A stretch of DNA of 64,000 bases from Utricularia gibba. Taxonomy: Eukaryota; Plantae; Magnoliophyta. This document shows positions 1 to 13,239 of the stretch, piece after piece. The DNA is taken from assembly GCA_002189035.1 (NCBI GenBank), contig NEEC01000014.1, positions 1,798,001 through 1,862,000 of the forward strand, written 5' to 3'. Positions within the stretch are counted from its first letter, which is position 1, and each line of letters opens with the position of its first letter. Position numbers and translations under genes: made by a program. Under the pieces are notes generated by a model. The model saw only the letters and a program-made list of their open reading frames with translations. It did not search any database and was not told where the DNA came from.

Positions 1-108
1 CGTAATTCGACAACTTGAATCGTTCGTTGCTTCTTAGCTGTTGAATAAGAGAAAAAAATTGTGCTGTGAGAAGGGTGATTCATGTGAGAAGAATGTAGAT
101 GAGCTAAC

Positions 109-2009
109 CGTTCTCTGCTTCTTGATATCGCTCCTGAAGCTTCCTCTTGGCAGCCTCCAGCTTCCTTCCAACTGAACCCTCATCGCAGGAAGCTGGCTTC
201 TGTTGAAGATAAAATGCCTTTATATTTGTAAGTGAAGTGCAACAAGAGATGGTTCTCTTTAAGCATACATACCTCGAGCCTAGGCATCGGTTTCTGAGAT
301 GCTCCACTCTTGTGTTCTTTCTCTGAATTCCTTCCATTGTTCAAATTTGGCCGAACGGGATCGGATTCCTTGAGCCAACTGGGTCGCTTCTTCAGTGTGG
401 CTTCAACGTTTCTCTTCTGTTCTGCTTTTGGATCCTTTGGTAAAGCATGTGAGAAGTTGTTTGTGTTCACAGGCCCTTTCTGCGTGTAACTCTGCTTTGA
501 AGTGCTTTCTCTTGTAATGGCTAAGTTGCCATTCTGATGAGGATCTAAAGCAGCATCAACAGCATGAATATCAATCAACATGTTTCAAACCAACAAGAAC
601 GTAGCTCAAGATCAGAAAAAAGACTCACTTCCGTCGTCATCCATCCCATCAAAGAACTAAACAGAAAAAAAAAAAAGATCAATTCAGTGTACAGGATGAT
701 GCATTACAAGTGAAAAAAATGCAACTAGGAGAGTATAATGTATGTACCCTGGAGAGCTCCATTGAACTGGGAGTGGTGAAGAAGGCTCCTTCGTCCATTG
801 GAGGAGATGGAAGGCCTTCCTCATCTTCGACTGCAGAAGTCTTAACAGATTCTGTCGCAACTTCTTCTGCTGCAAGCAGTGGGAAGATCACCAAACACTC
901 AATTCAGAACAGTACAAACAACTGAAGAACATAGATGAAAAAAACTGCAACTTTTTAGTAGGAGTACCTGCAATGGATGCTGTGGTACTGACCCAAGAAT
1001 CAACCATTACTTTCCAATCCCTGCGAATGGAGAAACAATCAGCAACACAATTAAATCAACTTCTTTATCATGAAACTTTTTATGGAAACTGTATCCCTCT
1101 AAACAATCATGAACCAAGAGTTTGCAAATTATCATCAGCCCCAAGTTCTAAACTTCATCAATGTCAACAGGCTATTCCATCTAAAGACTAGACTCAAAAG
1201 GGAAAATGAATGAAAAATATATAGAGGGAAGAGTGGCACTCGACTAATGTTCTTGCAAGACTTCGGATTTCCTTCGATCTATGTTTCCGAAGAGAGTTAA
1301 CAGACTTTCCAATCTCCGTACCCTGAACAATTAAGTGGCAAAGTTAGAGTGATTTTTTGAACTGCAAAAAGAAAAGGAATTCAAGATGAAACCTTGAGAG
1401 TCTCCACATTGAAAGCCATCAACCGAAGCCTCCTCAGAGACTCAAACAACAGTGAATCAGACTGTCCAAAAAAGGACATGTGAATCAGATTGAGACAAAC
1501 AAAAATCTCAAAACTTTAAAAAGTAAACAAACCTGTTCCTGATGGTTGTCAAGAATCTCTTTGATCCTCAAAACCTCCCCATGAAACTGATACTCTTCCT
1601 CGATCACATCAGTTAGAGCTTCAGCATCTCCATAGCTGAAATTGCTAATCTGATTCACTTTCGTCGCCATCTCTCTGTGATCTTCATTCTCATCTCTGCT
1701 ACAACTATTGACCTTGCTTTCCTTGGAATCTTTGCTACCCCCTGCTTCAACCACGCTCTTGGATTTGTCTTCACTTGGATTCAAACAATCGGTGTTGGGT
1801 AAAGCTAACTCAATTCGATCACAACCAAAACACTTAGTGGCCTTGCAAGAGAAGAGCAGTTCCGCAATCCTGTCCCTTTTCATTCTGAAATCGTAGGGAC
1901 AATCTGCGGCAGCTACAATTATCGCATGCTCGATTATCACAAAGATATCGCAGTTCGCCGTCCGAAAGTAAGACCTCCATTTGTCAAGACTGTCGAAATT
2001 GTTTGCCAT
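109..2009 (-). CDS. MED26: Mediator subunit 26-like / TFIIS N-terminal domain protein; multi-exon, 3' end lies left of the window
   Basis: N-terminus MANNFDSLDKWRSYFRTANCDIFVIIEHAI. Spliced TFIIS-N domain LRRLRLMAFNVETLK|GTEIGKSVNSLRKHRSKEIRSLARTLVE|DWKVMVDSW. Motifs EEGLPSPPMDEGAFF and KLEAAKRKLQERYQEAEN. GT donor at 108-107. Confidence 0.85.
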
Positions 2010-3903
2010 GGTGAAGAAGAACAGAAACGATTCGCAATGATCTTGACTGTTCTGGGGTTTGAGTTAATACCCAGATGAAGAAGCCATCGTTTCTTTTCAG
2101 TATCAGAGTATGATCCTGATCATCGAGCCAATAGAGAAAAGTTCACTTGTTGAAGAAAAAAAGGTCGTTTTTTTCCTTCTGAAAATCAGTTTCTCACTGC
2201 GGATAAATCGATGGGAAGAAGAGGAATCAAAGTGGGTGTTCTTAATTTTTTCTCCCAGAGACAACTCTGGGAAAAGATTTCTTTTTTTTTTCCCTTCCGG
2301 GAACAGCTTTCAGTCTAACAAAATGTTTCCTTCAAAATCAATAACTGGACTGGTTTTTTGTTTAACAACTCAACAAAGACGGGAACCCAATTCATTCCCA
2401 GACATCAAAAGCAGAGATTCTGCAAAGCCAACAAAATCATCCTTCACAAAACGACGGAAACCCAGAAAGCAGAAGAGAATAAAAACGCCCAACACAAAAA
2501 GGAGCAATGAATGGCGCTGTTTATAAATTCTCCTTGTATTCCGTCGCTTGCCCAGAGTATGCAGGGAAAAGGGGGAAACAAAAGAAAGGTCCGATGTTCT
2601 CTTTCCTGGGCAGTATTAGAGGCTGCAACGAAATGAGGAAAAAAGAAAATGCAATCGCAACAACAAAACGACGTGCCGCCGATTCAACTCCTTGTCCCTT
2701 GCTAGGACAACCCGTCTTTTGGATAGAAATCCTGCGTCCCTCAGGATTGCCTAATCAGCATTTACTGCCCCCTCACGCCCGCAGTTTTGAGGCTTCACAC
2801 GATAAAAAAGACTCAATCTTGCAATAGGAAATGCATTCAACAGGCGGAAGCTGGTTTTTTTAGCGGAGCGCCTAAAATAGTGCACACATTCTACTCATAA
2901 TTTCACCTCTTTTTTTTTTAACCGAAATACATTTTATATAAATGAATAAAAAATTAAAAACAAAAAGCAATTATCGCTACTACAAAGCCCTAATAATCAC
3001 AAGGTTTGAAAATGCGAATGCATCAGGAACCACCCACTTTTTTATACTTTTTTTATAAAAATAAATGAATATTTATTGTTGCATAAATTATGTTTTTTAT
3101 AATATTTTTTTCTCTCAAATATTAAGCACGCCACTGAACATTGGACAAGAGAAGGTCTGGGCTCAAATCTCACATCGGTTGTATATAAATTAAAATAAAA
3201 GTTTATACTAAGGTATCTTCTTTAATTTTGCATATTAACTTTTTTCTAAAAGAAAAAAATAAAATTATATGAATTAGATGTACAAACAAATAATACCGTA
3301 TAAAAAAATGAATCATTACAATTGGCTCAATAGGAAAATTAAAAATTAATATCAAATTTTGACTATAAAAAAATTGTGACAAATAAACTATATGAATTGA
3401 TAATTTTTGAAATAAAATAACAAGACACAACGAATTATTACACAAAAAATATTCAAAAGTAACATAAATCATTTTATTAAATAAAGTTTATTTCCTAAAT
3501 ACTTATTGGACCGGGCCGAGATTCGAATATAGTTGGGCCGGGCCGATAAGTAGAAATATAAAAATTAAACCCAGGATATTGGGCCGGAGTTCTCCTTGTT
3601 GTTTTGGATAGGAATATTGTTTTTTAATAAATAAATTTAAATAAAGGGGATTGGAGAAAATGGTAAAAGAAGACAAGACAACTAACGGCCGTAAAATGAC
3701 AGGTCGGTAATCGAGGAGAGGCGCCCACTACAACACAGTGCCCACTGCAGAGGGACCATGGAAGTCCAAACAGTTACTTGTTTTATTCTTCACATTTTCG
3801 TGTAGGGAATACGGGCCTGGGGTTCGTGAGCATGTTCTAGGAGCGTTTCTCCTTAGTTTTCCTTTTTTGTTTAGTTTCTTTGGCAATTGATTCGTCACTG
3901 TAA

Positions 3904-6078
<2,175 letters not shown>

Positions 6079-6909
6079 GGCATGGAAGTGTGGAAGGGGA
6101 GCTATTGGATCCAAGATGGAAACATTATTCTGAATGTCAACTCTGAAAGTATGTTGAAACATTTTCATTGACAGAATCCGGTGATCATACCCGCATACAT
6201 CAGGCTTTCAGAAACAAGACGCTGGTTCATGGAGCTTGAACAATTGAAGGATCTGAGTCATATTATGACATAAATCAATTCTGCACAGTGTTAAAGGGAT
6301 GTTATGTTCCTGGTAAGAATGGTACCTGAAACGGGACATTCCTTGTTAGCATTGAATCAACAAGGGCTTCACAAGGCAGCGAATCAAGAAGTGGCCAACA
6401 ATTAAACTAGGAAACCAACATGAATGCAAACCTAACCGAAAGTAACATCTCCTTACTCCTTTATGCCAAGCTTTAATTCAGGCAGCAAGACCATCTCCTT
6501 CCTTTCCTGGAACCAGGTCCACGGCATCATTTCACTGGAATTCACATCACACGGAACTTGGAATCTTCAATATGAAAAATTTGCTTTTCTAAATGCTTTA
6601 CTCGAGATATACTGTTGCCTCATTTTTTCCATCCATGGCTGGAGCTCTTTTTATGGCCGTTGGTAGAAAACAGCAACCAACTGTTCGCCCTCTAGAGGCT
6701 AATGTTGAATGGTGCCAAGGAATTCATTAGCACATACAACGAAGGTCGATCTGGAGTCAGCCTCAAATATGATCTCAAATGTGTATACCGTAGAATGTTC
6801 AAATGGAACGACGTAGAACAAACCCAGATTACAAAAGGTCATATCTGCTGTGTTCCATGTATACATGTTGACATTGTCAAATAAAGTGCATTGGTGGCTC
6901 CATACTTGG

Positions 6910-8754
6910 TCAATGTGCTCGTGACTCAAGGAGAATGTTTGTGGCTGCATTAACATCATTCCTAGCGCGTATCAATGCTTGCCTTGCTGCATTTCTATCG
7001 AATCCCATCGCAACTAGCGTTGAAATGGATTCCGCATGAGGCTCCAATGTTATCATTCTTGCCGGAACTGGATAGTTTGGCTGATTCCAAAAGTTCAGTC
7101 AGAAACCTCAACGGGATATAAGGAAGTTGAAGAAAAACTTGTTATTTTCCAATAATTTACCTCGACGTTGTGGGCACTGAAGGATGGAACATTTCCAAAG
7201 CCATTCGTAGATGATCTGGTAGGTGATCTGTCATTTCCCAAGGTTGGCCGAGAGGGTCCTGAGAAGAATGATGCAACAAAATTTGGAAACTGAAACAGCA
7301 AGGAGAATCAATTAGATGCAGCAAATGCAAATCACACTTGGGGTGACAGGGTCCTGGATGTAACCTTGATTCTATGTATATGGAAAACATTCAGGCGATA
7401 CAGCAACCCAGAAACCATGCCACAGACTCCAAGCAGCATGGATCTTTTCCAGGATGACAAGAGTAGCTGCAACAAGAATCCCAATATATAAAGTAAACAA
7501 GACACGAGGTTGCAAAGTAAAGAGCATGAGTGAATTCTATTACTTCATGACTCATACTCAGAGTTGATGGGGCGCATGGATTACCTGAAGACCCGCTAAA
7601 TATATAATGGTCTTGTCAGAAAATTTCAGGCTAAACATATGAAACCGCGTTGAAATGGGAATGTCATAATAGAAGGGCACAAATAACGAGAATATAAGCC
7701 CGTAAGGTCCAGAAGTTAAGATTTTCAACGCAGGATCTGCCAACAGAAGAGCCACAATACGTTTATATAAAGGACATGAGGTTCACATGAACGGATGTTC
7801 TCTATATGCAGTTGACACAGCAGGGTGCACGAGAAAGTGAATAATAACCACATCAGAAAAATGAACTACCCCACCTTTAAGTAGCCATAGTGCGAGAAGA
7901 TGAATTGCAGATGAAGTAACGCCAGAGAATATGACAAGAACCTGCAAAAGAAAAATTATTTGGATAGTTCTTCGGAAATTCGTAATTTCAGTGTTGATAT
8001 GAGCTGACATTCAGCAACAGCAACAACACCAAAGTGAATCAACGACATGGGCTGTCACATAATATTTAAAACGCAAGTTTTCTAAGAAGAAAATTTATTT
8101 CATCTGCCACCAATGGTCAAGAAATGGCTTCATACGCCAAGAACCCACCATATATTTGTTGGAACCCATTTGCCTCTCAAACACACGGAAGTAGTAGAGA
8201 AGATATGCGCCGAAAACGAGTTCTGGCGTTGACGAAAAACCAAAAGCTGAAACTATCAGCTTCCATATTTGAAGTTTCTTAAAAATATCCTGCAATAAAG
8301 AGAACGCTGAACTTCTGCTTACTTTCACAGAAAAGCGAAATAAAATGGCAAGAAGGAAATGGAAAGATCCTTCATTTTAATACGCCCAGGAGATGCCAGA
8401 CAAAATTCAGTTAAAAAAAAGAGCACGTCTGTGCGTATGGAAAGAGCACATTAACGCAATAAAAAAACCGCTAGAAACAAACCAACTGGCACTTCAACCA
8501 ATTTCGGGAAAACATTAATCAAAAATAGGCTTCACGAAAGACGAAACCTGATATGAGAAATCAATGTTCCTAGTTCGACCTTGGATCCCAAATACGATTG
8601 TAAAAAGAGCACACGCTATCACTATTATCCTCGTCACCGGCGCGTTGTCTGTAATACAAACGTCGTTATGATGAATCCATAGAGCAACCAAAACTTGCAA
8701 ATTTCATAAAAGGAGACAAAAAGACCTACTGAAACCAGATGGGCCACCGTTCAT
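6910..8754 (-). CDS. UBAC2: Rhomboid-like pseudoprotease with C-terminal UBA domain (RBL18/20, UBAC2 homologue), 8 exons
   Basis: Spliced MNGGPSGF|[28 protein letters not shown], and UBA domain [34 protein letters not shown]. All junctions are GT-AG and in frame. Confidence 0.88.
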
Positions 8755-8997
8755 CTTCCTGGAGAGCCTACTATTGCTCTTAATACTTGTACATACAACT
8801 ACCGATTAAGATTCAGAATTCACCGGCAGGAATCTCAAAGAAAGAAGCGTATTCCTGCAATTCGCGAATCAATCCCTCAACGTCGATCTCCGAGGGCAAC
8901 TTCTTCGTTGGTCTTCCCGCTCCCCCTAAAGGATGCCGCCATTTTAATGAGAAACGGGTTCGGGTTGACCCATTATGTATTTATAATTAAGAGGGGG

Positions 8998-9072
8998 ACT
9001 CATTTGGAAAACCTAGGTTTCTTGGGGCATTTTGTAATTAACAGAACGTTGAGTTACTCATTTGGAAAACCT
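8998..9072. repeat. 17-bp perfect direct repeat ACTCATTTGGAAAACCT (8998-9014 and 9056-9072) in the UBAC2/PPR divergent promoter
   Basis: Read directly from the sequence; a telo-box (TAGGGTTT, 9078-9085) follows it. Confidence 0.8.
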
Positions 9073-9147
9073 CTCTTTAGGGTTTAAGAAACTTCGGTTT
9101 CTACCTGCTCATCATTTCTGCGACATTTGAATATTTGGAAGGTTACA

Positions 9148-11614
9148 ATGTTGGCATTTCGTGGATTTTCAGGGCGCTGCAGGTTCCTGCACTTCTTCGG
9201 TTCCACGTAGATGCGTTCGTTTGTCATTTTTTGTTGTTTTTTTGGTGTCTTTGTCTGTCTGTTGTCAATCGTCTTGTCGTGCTCATTTCTCTCTTAGTTG
9301 TAGGCTTCAGAGATCTTTGGTAGAGTAATATGGGATTTTGAGTTTTTTGTCTTCTTGAATACTTTTTTCTTCTCTCAAAGTTTGATTTCTATAAAGGGCC
9401 TTGAATGAATGAACGGTATTGTGTTCATAGTGGTAGTTCATTTTTGGTATTCCAGCGTTCTCTTTTCTTTCTTTTTTTTTTCTGACATCTCATTGCTTTA
9501 GAGGGGTTGCAATTTTGCATTTATTTGTTTGTGATTGTTTTTAGGGGAAGTATTGTTTTCCCTTTTGTAGGATTCGAGGGCATAGCTTTTGGACAGCTCG
9601 AGTTTGCTGCAGGGCATCAGATGTAGGAGGGTGCCCTGAAGATTACTATCCTGAATTATCTGAAAGTCAAGGAAAACCATTGAATAGATTATTCCCTCCT
9701 ACAAGGTTTTATAGCTCCACATCTAGTTGCTTAAGGTCGTATGGAAATATGCACAAATTTTCAGTACAAGCGGGTGCAGAGAGTGGAGAAGAGGAAGCTG
9801 ATGACTTGGAAGATGGCTTTTCTGAGCTTGAAACCCCACATTGTATATCTGAAGAAACTGCTTCTCAAGATGAGAATCATGATGATGAGGTGTTGTCCGA
9901 ACCAGCGCTTGTAGAAGAAGACGATGTTTTTGATGGAGAAGAAACCCTTACTGAAGAGAAAAAAAGGGGCAAAGGGTCAGATATATCTGGGATTACTAAG
10001 GCCCTCTTTGATGCACCCTCCTTGCCTGTGAGCAACATTATGGATAAGTGGGTTGAAGAGGGAAATGAAGTTACAATAACAAAAGCTTCATCCGCCATGC
10101 TATTTTTGAGAAGAAGAAAAATGTTCTTGCGGGCCTTGCAGGTTTATATTCCAACATGCTTCTTTATTGATCAAGCTTGATTTCGTGTTCTATTCGGCAA
10201 AACTTGGATGGAATTGCGTGTCATTTTCGTTAATTTAATACATGTCCAAGGATGGGGAATGATTAGTCGACATGTGTTGAAAACGTAACTCCAAGTTCAT
10301 AGCATTTATTTAGTTCTTTTGCCCATGGCATTAAATATGTGAGATTTATCTTAATTTCTCTTTCAGCTTTCAGAGTGGTTGGAGTCCAGAAAACCTTATG
10401 AATTGACAGACAAATTCTATTCTTCTCATGTTGATCTGCTTGCTAAAGTACGTGGTATTCCTAAGGCTGAGGAATACATTAACCGTCTTCCTACGCCACT
10501 CAAGACCGAACTTGTATATCGGAGTCTGCTTGCAAACTGCATTTCTCGACGTGATGTGAAGAAATCAGAAGAGATTTTTGACAGAATGAAGGAGTCCAAT
10601 TTGCGCATTTCATGCTTCTCTTGCAATCAGATGCTGCTGCTTTACAAGAAAACTAATAAGAAGAAGCTCGCAGATATACTTATGTTGATGGAGGAGGAGA
10701 AAATCAAGCCTTCACTTTTCACGTACTATCTTCTTATTGATGTGAAAGGGCAAGCTAAGGATATTCAGGGAATGGAAATGATTGCTGAGACAATGAAAAC
10801 TGAAGGGTTGGAAACTACCCCCCAAATTCAAGGTTTAATGGCACGACACTATGCAGGTGCTGGTTTGAAAGACAAAGCTGAAGTGCTTCTGAAGGAGTTG
10901 GAAGGTGATGATCTCACAAAGACACGTCAGTTTTGTCAAATACTGCTTCCCGCATATGCTTCCCTTGGAAGAGATGATGAAGTTGATAGGGTATGGAAAG
11001 CCAGTGAGTCTGATCCATCTGTCGAAAAATGCATAGCTGCTGTTGAAGCATGGGGACAGCTAAAGAAAGTTGAAAAGGCCGAGGCAGTCTTTGAGAAAAT
11101 GCTGAAAAAATTAAAGAAGCCGCCCTCCAGATACATCGCCCTTATGCTAAGGGTGTACGCGAATAACAAAATGCTGACAAAGGGGAAGGATCTTGTGAAG
11201 CGAATGGCAGACTTGGATTGCAGAATCGGACCTTTGACGTGGGATGGCCTTGTGAGGCTTTATGTTGGTGCAGGAGAAGTAGAGAAAGCAGACTCCATAA
11301 TGACGAAAGCCATTAAACAGAAAAAGGGGAGGCCTTTGTACCAGACTTTCATGCTAATCATGGATAAGTATGCCGAGAGAGGCGACGTTCACAATGCTGA
11401 GAAGCTTTTCCTCATGACAAAAGAAGCCGGATACGTTGCAGGAGGGCGGCAGTACCAAACGCTCCTCGATGCATATGCAAACGCCAAGGTTCCCGCCTAC
11501 GGCATCGTGGACAGAATGAAGGCTGATCAGATATTTGTCAGCAAAGCCCTGGCTGCTCAGGTGGCTCGACTGAATGCATTCAAGCAGTCTGCTGTGTTGG
11601 AGTTGCTTGACTGA
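9148..11614 (+). CDS. P-class pentatricopeptide repeat protein, probably mitochondrial (At1g80270/PPR596-like); exons about 9148-9182, 9571-10141, 10367-11614
   Basis: MLAFRGFSGRCR presequence exon, acidic ELEDGFSELE-like motif, RALQ|LSEWLE junction, tandem 35-aa PPR motifs (VYRSLLANC.., TWDGLVRLY..), and C-terminal LNAFKQSAVLELLD. Confidence 0.88.
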
Positions 11615-11769
11615 CCTGCCAGGTTCCTCCAACTGGAGTTGCACATTCTCATGTGGAACAGAGTGGGCATCTTTTTGGAATTCAGATTCTCTGTGGGTAT
11701 CTTTTCTAGATTTTTTTGTGTATTTTTACTGGTTTTCTTTCACCCCACATTTTCATGTATTTCCACGTT

Positions 11770-12065
11770 GGCCCCATCGAAGGGCCCAAAGAATTTAGGA
11801 AGCCCAATAATTTAATATCATATTGGCCTCGCCGCTTCATCTTCTGCTCCATTTCGGCATTTCACCGGGAATCTGGTGCCGCAGCCGCTTCTTCGGAAGG
11901 TACGCCGGCGTTATCTTTGTGTTTTTACATATCCTCGTGAATACGGTTGATTGGGCTTGTTCATCATGTGCGTTCAAATTACTAATGATTCGCCTATTTT
12001 TCTCAGCGAGAAGGGTTTCCTCCTGTTACCAGCTTGGGTTTAGGTTAAGCCAAGATGTAGGGTTT
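11770..12065 (+). promoter_or_regulatory. Site II cluster (GGCCCA/AGCCCA) plus a telo-box (TAGGGTTT, 12058-12065, in the 5'UTR intron) upstream of the uL18-like gene
   Basis: GGCCCATCGAAGGGCCCAAAG..AGCCCAAT at about 11770-11808. Site II plus telo-box is the known promoter module of plant ribosomal-protein genes. Confidence 0.55.
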
Positions 12066-12195
12066 CTCATCATTAACCATGAACTGAGGATTTCCATCAT
12101 AAACCATGGATTGACTGCTTTTCCATTGCCGAATGTTGCGTTGCGGTTTTGATTTGCGTGTTTGTTTCTGTTGTTTTTAGGGGGGGAGGCAGAAA

Positions 12196-12552
12196 ATGGT
12201 GGTTCCACCGCCGGTGAGACCAGAAAGAGTAACCCAGTTTCTGAAGCCGTACGTTTTGCGGATGCACTTCACCAATAAGTTCGTCCATGCACAAGTGATC
12301 CACACACCCTCTGCAACAGTTGCTTCATCCGCCAGTTCACAGGAGAAAGCTCTGCGGCTAAGCATGCTGAAGGCGAAAGACAGCACAGGAGATGTCGCCG
12401 CCGCTGCAAAAATCGGAAAGATCCTTGGCGAGCGCCTGCTGCTACGAAACATACCCGCGGTGTCGGTTTGCCTTGAGAAGGAGCAGAGGTATCATGGCAA
12501 AGTTAAGGCTGTGATAGATTCATTGAGAGATGTAGGTGTCAAATTGTTGTAG
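12196..12552 (+). CDS. Organellar ribosomal protein uL18 family / uL18-like protein, single coding exon
   Basis: MVVPPPVRP..FLKPYVLRMHFTNKFVHAQVIH..AAAKIGKILGERL..RYHGKVKAVIDSLRDVGVKLL matches the L18p fold pattern. Confidence 0.85.
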   Translation: MVVPPPVRPERVTQFLKPYVLRMHFTNKFVHAQVIHTPSATVASSASSQEKALRLSMLKAKDSTGDVAAAAKIGKILGERLLLRNIPAVSVCLEKEQRYHGKVKAVIDSLRDVGVKLL

Positions 12553-13239
12553 CCTTCTCCAATTGCATCTGATGAGGGCAATAGAAGACCACCATATGCC
12601 TTGACTTATTGATTCCACAAATAAACAACTACATTAGCAAGTCTGCAGTGAACAAAGAAGATGATCGGCTCTTCAATTCGTTGTACAGTTGGATTTCTGC
12701 CCTCTCCCCTTCAATGATCAATATGCAAAGCAAAGAGCACCAAGTGTGCTCTATTGCTTCAGGCGATGAGGTTTGAGACTCTACCTTCTGCTCAACTTGT
12801 AGCTTCATCATGTCCTATGCCTGAGAAGAATGGGTAAATCTTGAGGTACAGTAACATAAGCAACAGGTTAAACGGAGAATTTACAGTTGGTATGCAGAAC
12901 TGAAGTTGGATAGCATTTTCAATGTAATAAACTTAAAGAGATGTATGCAGTGTTTCATAAACGTTTCAGTGCAAAAAATAAAAATAAAAATAAAAACAGT
13001 GGCATTATCAACCCAATGGAAATGTCGATGAGAAAAAGGAAACGAGGGGCAACAAACTTATGTTGCGCATGTTTTAACATGAGGAATAGAACGAGGATCA
13101 CAAACAAGACGTCACCTTGGTTACAAAATGTCTCTTTAATTTGAAGCAGTGCCACAATAGTGGAAGCAGACAGGAGGACTGCATTGCGCTCAACTCAAAT
13201 GCTTCCTTGCTTAATTGTTCTGGAAATCCAACTACTGAA

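Noticed and set aside
3121-3200. SINE/tRNA B-box-like AAGGTCTGGGCTCAAATCTCAC followed by an AT-rich tail
   Set aside because: About three mismatches to the B-box, and no A-box, cloverleaf or TSD.
3203-3472. AT-rich intergenic ORFs (also 17672-17905, 21526-21939, 36656-36841)
   Set aside because: Ile/Phe/Lys-rich chance ORFs in low-complexity spacers.
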